From contig JBBIOM010000003.1 of NCBI GenBank assembly GCA_037443365.1, positions 1-64,000 of the forward strand: DNA of 64,000 nucleotides, written 5' to 3'. Positions 1 through 12,991 of this stretch are shown piece by piece. The notes below the pieces were generated by a model. The model saw only the letters and a list, made by a program, of their open reading frames with translations, had not been told where the DNA came from and did no database searches. Made by a program: the position numbers and the translations under genes. This DNA comes from Armatimonadota bacterium. GTDB lineage: Bacteria > Sysuimicrobiota > Sysuimicrobiia > Sysuimicrobiales > Humicultoraceae. Each line of letters opens with the position of its first letter. The first letter of the stretch is position 1.

Positions 1-764
1 GTCCGATCCATCCGGATGTGCCGGGCGAGGCAGTAGACGGCCAGCTTCATGTCTTCCAGGGGTAGCGTGACTGGCTCGTGCTTCACGTAGCCAAGCAGTC
101 TCTTGGGGTTGAGGACCCAGGTCCGATGGTGGTGCGCGTCCTTGCCCAGCCGGACAAACCAGCCCGGCAGGACGACTACAGGGCGGATGGGATAGCGCTT
201 GCCGGTCATCGCTTCCAGTGTGTTCCGCACCCAGTCGGCGCACGCCTCCACCTGCGCGACCGGGTCGCGCTGGGGAGTCCGTCCGTTCACGAGCAGGGTT
301 TTGCCGTCGTAAGTGGCTTCGGCCTTCGCCGCCTTGGAAAGCGTCTTGGTCTCGACAACGAAGATCCCGTGGCGGGAGAGGACGAGGTGATCGATGTTGA
401 AGTTCGGGGCCTGGATGTCGTGGAAGACGACGGCGCCGGCCGTCCTAAGTTCGTCGAGGGACTCGGCGACTGCCCGCTCGCCGTCCCTGCCGAGGCGCAG
501 GGCATCGAGGCGCCTCTTGAATCGCGCTAGGCGAAGTGCGGAGTAACTGAGGATGAGAACCGCAACCGCGGTCGTGATCCAGGGTGTGGGCGGAGTCTTC
601 AGTAACCACCGCGTCCATTCAGTGATCACAAGGACCGATGCAAGCATGAACCACGCCAGGAATGTAAGACCCTCGTCCAAGGTCAGCCGCCGAATCTCAT
701 CATCCACTGACTGTCCGGCCACGCGCAGGGGCGGCTGCCTTAGAGGGGATCGTAGTTTCGCCAA
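1..764 (-). CDS. NERD (nuclease-related domain) protein with two N-terminal TM helices; 3' end runs off the window
   Basis: Manual translation from TTG at 764 (GGAGG RBS upstream) gives MAKLRSPLRQPP..., two hydrophobic segments, then GERAVAESLDEL..VFHDI..NFNIDHLVLSRHGIFVVETKT..DPVAQV, the NERD/PD-(D/E)xK signature. The frame is open to base 1. Not in the ORF track. Confidence 0.85.
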   Translation of the reverse strand, partial: MAKLRSPLRQPPLRVAGQSVDDEIRRLTLDEGLTFLAWFMLASVLVITEWTRWLLKTPPTPWITTAVAVLILSYSALRLARFKRRLDALRLGRDGERAVAESLDELRTAGAVVFHDIQAPNFNIDHLVLSRHGIFVVETKTLSKAAKAEATYDGKTLLVNGRTPQRDPVAQVEACADWVRNTLEAMTGKRYPIRPVVVLPGWFVRLGKDAHHHRTWVLNPKRLLGYVKHEPVTLPLEDMKLAVYCLARHIRMDR

Positions 765-928
765 GTGATTCCTCCGGAGTAAGACGTCACCTGGCACGCA
801 CGGTGGTGGGTATCCTTAGGTTCAGTACCCATTCTTGGAGCAGGGGCGGACATCCTGTCTGACCTGCCTGGACCCATCTTGGGTCCGGCAGGCAGGAATC
901 CGGGCCTGCCGGGTGAAACTTGGTCATT

Positions 929-944
929 ACTGGTCATGACCAGT
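929..944. promoter_or_regulatory. Perfect 16-bp palindrome ACTGGTCATGACCAGT, putative GntR/FadR-family operator
   Basis: Exact inverted repeat just upstream of the RBS and the ATG at 960. The TGGT-N4-ACCA core resembles FadR/PdhR/LldR-type sites. A partial extra copy (TGGTCAT) lies at 921. Confidence 0.65.
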
Positions 945-959
945 TAGGGAGAGGGACTT

Positions 960-4636
<3,677 letters not shown>

Positions 4637-4640
<4 letters not shown>

Positions 4641-5743
4641 AGACCAGGGTCGCGGTCCTGGGCGCCGGGAACGGCGGGCATGCCTTTGCCGGCGACTTGG
4701 CCCGGCGGGGCTACCCGGTCTGGGTCTACAACAAGTTCGCCTCAGAGATAACGGACCTGCAGGCGGCAGGCGAGGTGCGGGTTGAGGGCGTCGTGGATGG
4801 AAGCGGGCGCCTGGAGGCGATCACGACCGACATCGCCGCGGTCGTGCCCGAGGCCGACGTCATCCTCGTGGTGGTCCCGGCCACGGCGCATGCCGCCATG
4901 GCCGAGGCCGCGGCTCCCTACCTGCGGGACGGGCAGGTCATCGTGCTCAATCCCGGCCGCACAGGCGGCGCCCTGGAGTTCAGCCAGGTGCTCCGGCGCT
5001 GTCGCGTGGAGCGCCGCGTGCTGGTCGCAGAGGCCCAGACCCTCCTGTTCGCGTGCCGCATCTCGGGCCCGGCGCGCGTGCGCGTGAACAGCATCAAGCG
5101 CGAGGTGCCGCTGGCCGCGCTGCCTGCCTGCGACACCCCGCGCGTCCTCGAGGCCATATCTCCCCTGTACCCCCAGTTCGTCGCGGCGCAGGACGTGCTG
5201 GAGACCGGGCTGGACAACATCGGCGCCGTCTTCCATCCCGGCCCGGTGGTGCTGAGCGTAGGGCGCATCGAGTCGGGCTCCCCGTTCGAGTTCTACCGCG
5301 ACATCACGCCCACAGTGGCGCGCTTCCTGGAGGCGATCGACGAGGAGCGCCTGGCCGTGGCGCGCGCCTTTGGAGTGCGCGCGATCTCGGCGGCCGAGTG
5401 GCTCGCTCGCAGTTACGAGGGCGTGCAGGGCGCGACGCTCTACGAGCGCATCCGCAGCAACCCGGCCTACGCGGGCATCGCCGCCCCGAACTCGATCGAG
5501 ACGCGCTATGTGCTGGAGGACGTGCCCACAGGGCTGGTGCCCATCGCCTCGCTCGGGCGCCTGGCCGGGCTGGAGATGCGCGCGATGGCCGGTCTGGCCG
5601 ATGTGTGCTGCGCGCTCACCCGGCGCGACTTCTGGGCCGAGGGCCGCAATCTCCAGCGCCTGGGAATCGCAGGCCTCACCGTGGAGGAGGCCGGGGAGTT
5701 CATACGCAACGGGCCCCAGGCAGGGTGGGCGGACCGGCGATGA
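4637..5743 (+). CDS. NAD/NADP octopine/nopaline (opine) dehydrogenase family protein
   Basis: Rossmann motif AVLGAGNGG, LNPGRTGGALE, NIGAVFHP and RYVLEDVPTGLVP. GTGA overlap with the upstream gene. Confidence 0.9.
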
Positions 5744-6828
5744 GGGTCATCACCCTGGCGGGCGATCACTACGAGATGGGGCTCCAGCACGGCCGGCAGA
5801 CTCTCGACCTGCGCCCGCGCCTGGTACAGGTCATCGAGCAGCGCATCGCCGGGTTGGAGGGCACGCCCGTCGCCGGGCTCCTCCCAGAACTGGAGCGTCG
5901 TTGGGCCGTGATCGCGCGCCCCACGCTCGACATGCTCGCGGGCATGGCCCGGGCGCTCGATCTGGACCCCTCGCGCTTCCTTTGCTACGCGGCGGCTTCC
6001 TACCTGGAGGATAGCGCGCGCTCCAATCTGCCGCTTGGGGAGCGTGATGTGTGGGAGGGCGCGCCCGCAGAGGGGTGCACGGTGTGGGCGGCCTCGGGCG
6101 AGGCCACGGCCGACCGCATGCCCATCCTCGCCAAGAACCGCGACTACAACCTCGCGCACCTGGACCTCCAGGTCCTGGCGCGCGCCACCCCGCGGGACGG
6201 CTACCGGTACATGTACGTGGCCAGCGCCGGCAGCGTGGGGGTTTCCAGCTCAGGGATGAACGAGGCAGGCCTGACCGTCGCCGACACGCGCGTTGCTTCC
6301 TCTGACGTGGGGCCGGGCTTGGCCAGGTACACCCTGATGATGGAGCTGCTCGAGCGGCATGATTCGGTGCGCTCGGCGTTGCGCTATCTCCGGCGCGTGC
6401 CACAGATGGGCGGGGGCAACCTGATCCTGGCCGACGCGCAGGGCAGCATGGCCGCTTTCGAGTCAGGGTACCAGCACTGGGGGGTCATCTACGCGGAAGA
6501 CCGCCTCGTGGCGGCCACGAATCACTTTGTCACGCCGGCCCTGCGGGGGTGTCGCCTCGGGCCCTCCAGCGGCGCCACCGACGGCGAGAGCCCATCGCGC
6601 CTGCGCTCGATTCGGGCGCGCCTGCGCGAGAGCCGGGGCCGCCTCGATGCCGGGAGCGCCGCGCTCATCATGGCCGCTCACGCCGACGGCCGGGCCGCGA
6701 TCTGCCGGCACGCGCCCGAAGGCGGCAGCGGCACAATCTCGGCCGTCGTCTTCTTCCCGGCAGAGCGGCGCCTGCGTTTGTGCGCAGGGCGGCCCTGCGA
6801 GGGCGCCTACACCCAGCACTCGCTCTGA
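5740..6828 (+). CDS. Peptidase C45 family Ntn-hydrolase/acyltransferase (AAT-like, autoproteolytic Cys)
   Basis: Start MRVITLAGDHYEMGLQHG at an ATGA overlap; EG|CTVWAA nucleophile site, AKNRD, GMNEAGL, ATNHF. The ORF-track start at 5053 is over-extended. Confidence 0.88.
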   Translation: MRVITLAGDHYEMGLQHGRQTLDLRPRLVQVIEQRIAGLEGTPVAGLLPELERRWAVIARPTLDMLAGMARALDLDPSRFLCYAAASYLEDSARSNLPLGERDVWEGAPAEGCTVWAASGEATADRMPILAKNRDYNLAHLDLQVLARATPRDGYRYMYVASAGSVGVSSSGMNEAGLTVADTRVASSDVGPGLARYTLMMELLERHDSVRSALRYLRRVPQMGGGNLILADAQGSMAAFESGYQHWGVIYAEDRLVAATNHFVTPALRGCRLGPSSGATDGESPSRLRSIRARLRESRGRLDAGSAALIMAAHADGRAAICRHAPEGGSGTISAVVFFPAERRLRLCAGRPCEGAYTQHSL

Positions 6829-6996
6829 GCACTCGCTCTGANNNNNNNNNNNNNNNNNNNNNNNNNNNNNNNNNNNNNNNNNNNNNNNNNNNNNNNNNNN
6901 NNNNNNNNNNNNNNNNNNNNNNNNNNNNNNNNNNNNNNNNNGGGCGGCCCTGCGAGGGCGCCTACACCCAGCACTCGCTCTGAGCACTCGCTCTGA
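6787..6996. other. Assembly gap (100 N, 6842-6941) flanked by an identical 55-bp sequence
   Basis: 6787-6841 is identical to 6942-6996, and each copy ends in a tandem 13-mer (GCACTCGCTCTGA x2). This is typical of a k-mer scaffolding overlap. Confidence 0.9.
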
Positions 6997-7006
6997 CGCC
7001 GGCCCC

Positions 7007-8146
7007 CTATGAGGCGCTCGGCTCGGGGTGGAGCGCCAGCCCCACGATGCGCACCTGCACCGCGCGCACCAGGTCGGTCTTGCTGATGATCCCGACCATC
7101 TGGCCCCAGGGGTTAACGACGACGAGCCGCTCGAAGTTGTTGCGGCTCATTGTCTGGAAGGCCTCGAGCGCGCTGCGGTTCTGTTGGATTGTCACGATCC
7201 GCCGCGACATGACCTGCTCCACCGTGGCGTTCGGGTCGGCGCCCTGGATTCCGCCAAGTGTCACCATCCCGACCAACCCTCCGGCGTCATCGAGCACCGG
7301 GTATCCCAGGTGGCGTTCGCGCAGCATCTTGTCGACAAGGTCGGAGACGCGCATCTGGGGGTGGACAGTCTGGACGTCGCGTGTCATCAGGTACTCCACG
7401 CCGATCCCTTCGAGCATCTCCGCGACCAGGGTGGTCTGGGCCTCCGATGAGCCGGCCATGTAGACGAAGAAGGCGACAAGCACCAGGAAGATGTTGAGGG
7501 AGAGGAAGCCGACCAGGCCGAGCAGCACTGCCAGGACCTGGCTCACCGAGGCCGCCAGCTGCGTGGCCCTAAGATGCGGCATGCGCAGCGCCAACAGCGA
7601 CCGCAGCACCCTTCCGCCGTCGAGCGGGAGCGCGGGCAGCAGGTTGAACGTGCCCAGGGCCACGTTCGTGAACGCCAGGTAGCCGAAGATGAACCGCGCG
7701 GACGCGGCATCCTGCGGGAAGGACGCCAGGATCACCCAGCACAGGGCTGCCACCGCGAAGCTCGTAAACGGGCCTGCGATGGCCACGACCGCCTCGGCTC
7801 CCCGCTGGCGCGGCATCTCCTCGAGCTGCGCCACGCCCCCAAGGATCCAGAGCGTGATCCGCTTGGCCTCGACACCGTAGCGGCGGGCGACGATCGAGTG
7901 CCCGAGCTCGTGCACCAGGACGCTGCAGAACAGCCCCAGGGCCGCGATCAACCCCAGGACGTAGGGCAGCGCGCCCTGCTGCAGCGCCGCAGGGTCCACG
8001 CCCAGGCGCAGCAGGCGGACGTACAGGTCGAGGCGGCTGCCGATCATCCATGCCAGCAGGGGCAGGATGACAAGAAATGTGGAATCCAGGTACACGGGTA
8101 TCCCGAACAACTGAAACGGCAGGCGATATCCCTTGCGCAGCATCAT
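7007..8146 (-). CDS. Site-2 protease (M50 zinc metalloprotease) with tandem CBS domains
   Basis: HELGH, AGP and FNLLPALPLDGGR motifs; C-terminal CBS pair. Start MMLRKG follows an AGAGGGAG RBS. Confidence 0.93.
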   Translation of the reverse strand: MMLRKGYRLPFQLFGIPVYLDSTFLVILPLLAWMIGSRLDLYVRLLRLGVDPAALQQGALPYVLGLIAALGLFCSVLVHELGHSIVARRYGVEAKRITLWILGGVAQLEEMPRQRGAEAVVAIAGPFTSFAVAALCWVILASFPQDAASARFIFGYLAFTNVALGTFNLLPALPLDGGRVLRSLLALRMPHLRATQLAASVSQVLAVLLGLVGFLSLNIFLVLVAFFVYMAGSSEAQTTLVAEMLEGIGVEYLMTRDVQTVHPQMRVSDLVDKMLRERHLGYPVLDDAGGLVGMVTLGGIQGADPNATVEQVMSRRIVTIQQNRSALEAFQTMSRNNFERLVVVNPWGQMVGIISKTDLVRAVQVRIVGLALHPEPSAS

Positions 8147-8325
8147 GCAACACTCCCTCTGCTTGTTGATGAGCCCTGGTGCTGCGTCTGCCAGGAGCGC
8201 TTCGCCCCCGAGGGGATTCCGCCCTCTGTGGTCGAAAGGTCCGGCAGGAGGCTGCATCGGATGAGATCCGGCCGGGCGGGATCGCGCCCGGGTGAGAAGC
8301 CAGCCACTTCAGGGAGGCACTGACA

Positions 8326-10209
8326 ATGCGAGGGGTTGCCGGCAAGATCCTCAGGGTGGATCTCACGTCACGCACTGTCAACACCGAGCATCCCGACGAG
8401 GGTTTCTACCGCACCTACCTGGGGGGAGCCGGCTTCGTATCCTACTTCATGCTCCGGGACATACCCAGGGGGATAGACGCCTTTGATCCGCAGAACCGGC
8501 TGGTTTTCGCGCTGGGGCCCATGACCGGCCTGGCGATGCCGGGCGCCACGCGCAACTGCGTCGGCGCCAAGTCGCCGCTGACAGCGGGCTTCTCCAAGAG
8601 CGAGGCCGGCGGCTTCTTCCCCATGGCCCTGAAGAAGGCCGGCTACGACGCCGTCATCGTGGAGGGCCGGGCCGACCGGCCCGTCTATCTCCTGGTGACG
8701 GACCAGAAGGTGGAGATCCGCGACGCCGCGGGTCTGTGGGGCAAGACGGTTCTGGAGACCCAGGACGCCATCGCCGCCGATACAGGCCACAAGACGATCC
8801 GCACGGCCGCCATAGGGCCCCCGGGCGAGCGCCTGGTGCGCTTCGCGTGCATCATGAACGATCTGCGCGAGGCCATTGGCCGCGGCGGCCTCGGAGCGGT
8901 CATGGGCTCCAAGAACCTGAAGGCCGTTGCGGCCCTCGGACGCTGGAGTCCCGACGTGGCGGACCCGGCCAGGATCCGCGCGTTGACCCAGATGATGAAC
9001 AAGGGCTTCGCCGACAACCCCCTGGGCTTCGCCGGGAGACTGCATGAGAGGGGCACCGGCGGCGAAGCGATGATGGTGGCGGGCAACGCGATAGGCAACC
9101 TGCCCTCGTACAACTTCGGCGTCAACTTCTTCGAGGGCATCTCCAAGGTGACCGCCGAGGCGGTCCTGGAGGCCTACGGTGTCGGCATGGAGGGCTGCGC
9201 CGCCTGCGCGGTGCGCTGCAAGAAGACCGTGGAGGCAGGAGAGCCCTGGAACTTCAATAGGCGCAACGGCGGCCCGGAGTACGAATCCCTCGCATCACTC
9301 GGCCCGACATGCGGTACCGACGACCTGGCGCGCATCACCAAGGCCTGCGAGCTGGCCAATCTCTACGGCCTGGACACGATATCGCTGGGGGTCTCCATCG
9401 GATTCGGCATGGAGTGCTTCGAGAATGGAATCCTCACCACCCGCGATACCGGCGGCATCGATCTCCGGTTCGGCAACGCTGAGGCCATGCTGCAGATGGT
9501 GGAGATGATCGCCTATCGCCGGGGGATCGGCGATCTGCTGGCCGAGGGCACGATGCGGGCGGCCCAGCGGCTGGGGCGAGGAGCCGAGGCGTTTGCGATG
9601 CACGTCAAGGGCCTGGAGATCCCCATGCACGAGCCGCGCGTAAAGCAGGGCCTGGGCGTAGTCTACGCCGTGGAGGCGCAGGGCGCCGATCACTGCGCCG
9701 GCATGCACGACACGGCCTACACGCAGGAATCGCCGGCCTTCGAGCACCTGCGCGGCATGGGCGCCACGCGCCCCCTTCCGGCCGACGACCTGTCCGACGA
9801 GAAGATGGCATCCCAGAAGGCCGCGCACCTGTGGAACCTGTTCCTGGACTCGGTGGTGTGCTGCCAGTTCGTCCCCTGGAGCATCGACCAGCTCGTAGAC
9901 ATCGTGCGCGCGACAACCGGCTGGTCCTACACCGCGCACGAGGCGCTGAGGCTGGGGGCGCGCGTCGCCACGCTCGGGCGCGTGTTCAACTTGCGCGAGG
10001 GGATAGACTCAGCGCGCGACACCCTGCCCAAGCGCATGTTCGGCCCCACGCGCGCGGGTGCCCTGAAGGACGGCGGCATCGACGCGGAGAAGTTCGGGCG
10101 TGCCGTCCGCGCGTTCTACGGCATGATGGGGTGGAACGAGGAAACGGGCGTGCCCTCGCGCGGCACGCTGCTGGACCTGGGCGTCGGATGGGCGGCCGAC
10201 GAGCTATAG
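8326..10209 (+). CDS. aor: Tungsten-dependent aldehyde:ferredoxin oxidoreductase family protein
   Basis: GKILRVDL, KSPLT, GRGGLGAVMGSKNLKAV, CAACAVRC, GPEYE, GLDTIS, DSVVCCQF. Confidence 0.93.
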   Translation: MRGVAGKILRVDLTSRTVNTEHPDEGFYRTYLGGAGFVSYFMLRDIPRGIDAFDPQNRLVFALGPMTGLAMPGATRNCVGAKSPLTAGFSKSEAGGFFPMALKKAGYDAVIVEGRADRPVYLLVTDQKVEIRDAAGLWGKTVLETQDAIAADTGHKTIRTAAIGPPGERLVRFACIMNDLREAIGRGGLGAVMGSKNLKAVAALGRWSPDVADPARIRALTQMMNKGFADNPLGFAGRLHERGTGGEAMMVAGNAIGNLPSYNFGVNFFEGISKVTAEAVLEAYGVGMEGCAACAVRCKKTVEAGEPWNFNRRNGGPEYESLASLGPTCGTDDLARITKACELANLYGLDTISLGVSIGFGMECFENGILTTRDTGGIDLRFGNAEAMLQMVEMIAYRRGIGDLLAEGTMRAAQRLGRGAEAFAMHVKGLEIPMHEPRVKQGLGVVYAVEAQGADHCAGMHDTAYTQESPAFEHLRGMGATRPLPADDLSDEKMASQKAAHLWNLFLDSVVCCQFVPWSIDQLVDIVRATTGWSYTAHEALRLGARVATLGRVFNLREGIDSARDTLPKRMFGPTRAGALKDGGIDAEKFGRAVRAFYGMMGWNEETGVPSRGTLLDLGVGWAADEL

Positions 10210-10252
10210 GCAGCACTGCTGGATCTGCATTCGGGCAACAGGGTGGTGCGCC

Positions 10253-12277
10253 ATGAGGATACGTGTGCCTCGAATCGTCCTGGCTGCGGTGCTGCTCGTG
10301 TGCCTGGGCGCCGCGCCTGGGCTCTCGCAACTGCCCAGCCTGCCGTCGCTCCCCGGCCTCCCCATACCGGGCATTGACCGCCTGACGCGGGCCGAGCGGG
10401 CCATCACCACCAGCCTGAACGACGCGGTCACCGAGGTGCCCTTCCTCGACGATTTCAATCCGCGCGATGCCGCGCCGTTACGACGACTCCAGCGGGGACC
10501 GCGCAACGGCTTCATCCTGGATCGGCCAGGGCTGTTCGAAGCCGAGGTCCGCAGCTACTGCATGAACGCCGGGACGTATGCACCGGCCCGCGGGGACGGG
10601 TACGCATATGCCCGCATGTCCGGCCCGAGGGCCCCGGTAATCCGCAAGGTGCTCCAGAACTCGGTGGTTCACCCAGACATACCGCAGCGCACCGTGCAGA
10701 CGCTCGTCTGGGCGATACTGGCGTACACGCGGATCAGCGAGACGTCACCAGAAGTCCAGGCCGCGGCTGCCCGGCTCCTGTCATCCGCGGAGGTGACCGA
10801 GCTCAACGGCGGCGCGCTGGGCGCGGTCCCGCCGGAGGTTCTGCGGGAGGTCCTGTCGCGTCTGCCTGGTCCGGTCAGGCAAGCCATGGAGGCCGAGGCC
10901 CAGATCAGGAGCCTGTTGACGCAGGGCCGAGGCACGTTCGAGGAACTCGAGCGCGCGGCGGTTCGCCTGGGCGCGGCTCCCCGCGGAGAGGGGAGCCGCG
11001 AAGTTCCCAGAGGGCGCTGGTCGTATCATCCGGCAGGGTATTTCATAAGGTACTTCCCGCACGACTACTCGCAAACGCGCCTGCAGATCTACGTGCCCGA
11101 TCACACGACCCTAGAGCGGGATCGGAACGGCCGCATCGCGTCCATCACAGACCAATTGCGCAACCGTATCGAGGTGGCTTATGACGACCGCGCGGAGCCG
11201 GGAAGCGTGCCAGGCGCCCAGGAAGTCAGGGCACACGCCCTGGCGGCGTTTGGGCTGACCGCTCCTAGCCCTATCGGCCCCACGTTCGTCGAGATGAGGC
11301 GGGCCGAGTGGAGGGGCGGCTGGACCTTCGTGGGCGTTCCGGCTCCTGCCGGAGGGCCCGCGCCGCTGGCCTCGCGCTTCCCAGGCGCGGATGATCGCTA
11401 TCAGCGCAGCCTCGGCGCCGCGCGGGAGGCCGCCAGCGCCGTCAGGGAAGCGGGCAGGCTGGCGGGCCGCACAGGCGCGCAGACGATCGCCCCGGCGGCG
11501 GCGCGGGACCTGGCCGACCTCGCGCACCTCGCCATGGCCATCAGGGCCGCCGCGGGTGACGCCAGGGAAGCCAGGCCGGAATGGGCGTCCGATCACCTGT
11601 TCCTGGCCCATAAGGCCTGGGCGCACGCCCTGGCGCGGGCCGCGGGAGGACTTGGCCCGGGCGCGTCGCGGGGAATCCTGGCGACCGCCGTGGCGTCGGC
11701 CCGCGTGGTCGCTATCATGCTCTCCGACGATTGGAGCCCGTGCGACGATCCACCCAAGGACCCTGACGGCAAGTCCGAGATGGATCCCACCGACGGAACG
11801 GCGGCCCCGGGCAACACCAGCTCGCAACTTGTGCAGCCCTCCGCATTTGAGGCCCCATCTGGCGCACGACATCCTGACTGCGATCGTGTCGCGGCGGCCA
11901 AGCGCGACAACGAGAATGTGCGCAAGGTGTTCGAAGACAACCGGCCGCAGGCGGGCGAGAACGGCGAGACGTACTACAAGAGGATAGGGGTGATACTCAA
12001 GGCCGCGGGCGGGGAGCCGACGGCCTGGACAGTCGTTGGCAACTGCGTCATCGGCGGGGACAAGAGCTTCTACGCGTCGCAGCCGGATGCTGTGCGGGTC
12101 GCGGACTGCGCACACGAGAGGTCACATCAGGTGAGGTGCCGCTGGGCCCGGGATAATGCTGCAGGAGGGCACGGGGGCTGGCTGATGAATGCCGCGAACA
12201 CGCGCCAGGATGAACTGGACGCCTACGCGGCCGGGATCAAGGCGCTCGATGACTGGATGAGCAAGAACTGCAGGTAG
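10253..12277 (+). CDS. Secreted hypothetical protein: signal peptide, thioester-domain-like motifs, one YD-like repeat, C-terminal Cys-rich HExxH domain
   Basis: Hydrophobic N-terminus; SYCMNAG and VQTLVW; LERDRNGRIASITD; CAHERSH..QDELDAY. Confidence 0.7.
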   Translation: MRIRVPRIVLAAVLLVCLGAAPGLSQLPSLPSLPGLPIPGIDRLTRAERAITTSLNDAVTEVPFLDDFNPRDAAPLRRLQRGPRNGFILDRPGLFEAEVRSYCMNAGTYAPARGDGYAYARMSGPRAPVIRKVLQNSVVHPDIPQRTVQTLVWAILAYTRISETSPEVQAAAARLLSSAEVTELNGGALGAVPPEVLREVLSRLPGPVRQAMEAEAQIRSLLTQGRGTFEELERAAVRLGAAPRGEGSREVPRGRWSYHPAGYFIRYFPHDYSQTRLQIYVPDHTTLERDRNGRIASITDQLRNRIEVAYDDRAEPGSVPGAQEVRAHALAAFGLTAPSPIGPTFVEMRRAEWRGGWTFVGVPAPAGGPAPLASRFPGADDRYQRSLGAAREAASAVREAGRLAGRTGAQTIAPAAARDLADLAHLAMAIRAAAGDAREARPEWASDHLFLAHKAWAHALARAAGGLGPGASRGILATAVASARVVAIMLSDDWSPCDDPPKDPDGKSEMDPTDGTAAPGNTSSQLVQPSAFEAPSGARHPDCDRVAAAKRDNENVRKVFEDNRPQAGENGETYYKRIGVILKAAGGEPTAWTVVGNCVIGGDKSFYASQPDAVRVADCAHERSHQVRCRWARDNAAGGHGGWLMNAANTRQDELDAYAAGIKALDDWMSKNCR

Positions 12278-12319
12278 GCGGTCTGGCAGGACATCCGCGC
12301 GTCACGTGAGGGCAAAGGG

Positions 12320-12970
12320 ATGACAGAGAAGATCGAGTTCACGAGCAACTACTCCGATCTCAGCACCAGTCGCGGCTTCCAGTTCGAGGTTGCCTGCAAC
12401 CGGTGCGGAACCGGGTTTCGCACTTCATTCAAGCCGTCCATCACCGGTACGGTCACCGGCGCGATGGATGCCGCCAGCAGCCTCTTCGGCGGGATCTTCG
12501 GCAAGGCCGCTGACCTCTCCGAACGCGTGCGTTCCGCGGCCTGGGAGAAGGCGCACGACGCTGCCTTCCAGGAGGCAATGGCGGAACTGAAGCCGGAGTT
12601 CATCCAGTGCCCGCGCTGCTCCACCTGGGTGTGCCGCAAGAACTGCTGGAGCGTGGCGAAGGGCCTCTGCAAGGAGTGCGCGCCGGACCTGGGAGTGGAG
12701 ATGGCCGCGGCGCAGTCCAGCCGCACCGTCGAGGAGATCTGGGCGCACTCGAAGATGGCCGAAGAGGACCGCGCCATGCTCAAGGAGCAGAGCTGGCGCG
12801 AAGGCGCCCGCGCGACGTGCCCGAACTGCGGGGTCGCCCTGGCCAAGAAGGTGAAGTTCTGCCCGGAGTGCGGCGCCAAGATCCAGGCCGAGGCCCACTG
12901 CACGGAGTGCGGGGCCAAGCTCGCCCCCGGGGCCAAGTTCTGCCCGGAGTGCGGCAACAAGGTGCAGTAG
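12320..12970 (+). CDS. Multi-zinc-ribbon (double zinc ribbon) protein
   Basis: Eight Cys pairs (CNRC, CPRC, CRKNC, CKEC, CPNC, CPEC, CTEC, CPEC); KFCPECG occurs twice. Confidence 0.88.
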   Translation: MTEKIEFTSNYSDLSTSRGFQFEVACNRCGTGFRTSFKPSITGTVTGAMDAASSLFGGIFGKAADLSERVRSAAWEKAHDAAFQEAMAELKPEFIQCPRCSTWVCRKNCWSVAKGLCKECAPDLGVEMAAAQSSRTVEEIWAHSKMAEEDRAMLKEQSWREGARATCPNCGVALAKKVKFCPECGAKIQAEAHCTECGAKLAPGAKFCPECGNKVQ

Positions 12971-12991
12971 CCGGCCCTGGGAGCCCGGACC

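Noticed and set aside
78..768. Plus-strand ORFs 78-530 and 553-768
   Set aside because: They are antisense shadows of the minus-strand NERD gene.
765..959. Cobalamin riboswitch upstream of the B12-dependent gene
   Set aside because: Only a loose GGTGAAA resemblance; I could not find the GGGAA, GCCACTG or B12-box elements in the right order. An Rfam scan would settle it.
6787..6996. 55-bp direct repeat as a possible att site, target-site duplication or CRISPR repeat
   Set aside because: The copies directly flank a 100-N gap and match a common assembler k-mer length, so this is most likely a scaffolding artefact. There are no spacers, cas genes or integrase.
8147..8325. Moco/Tuco riboswitch upstream of aor
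   Set aside because: Short GC hairpins are present but I recognised no conserved Moco RNA core.
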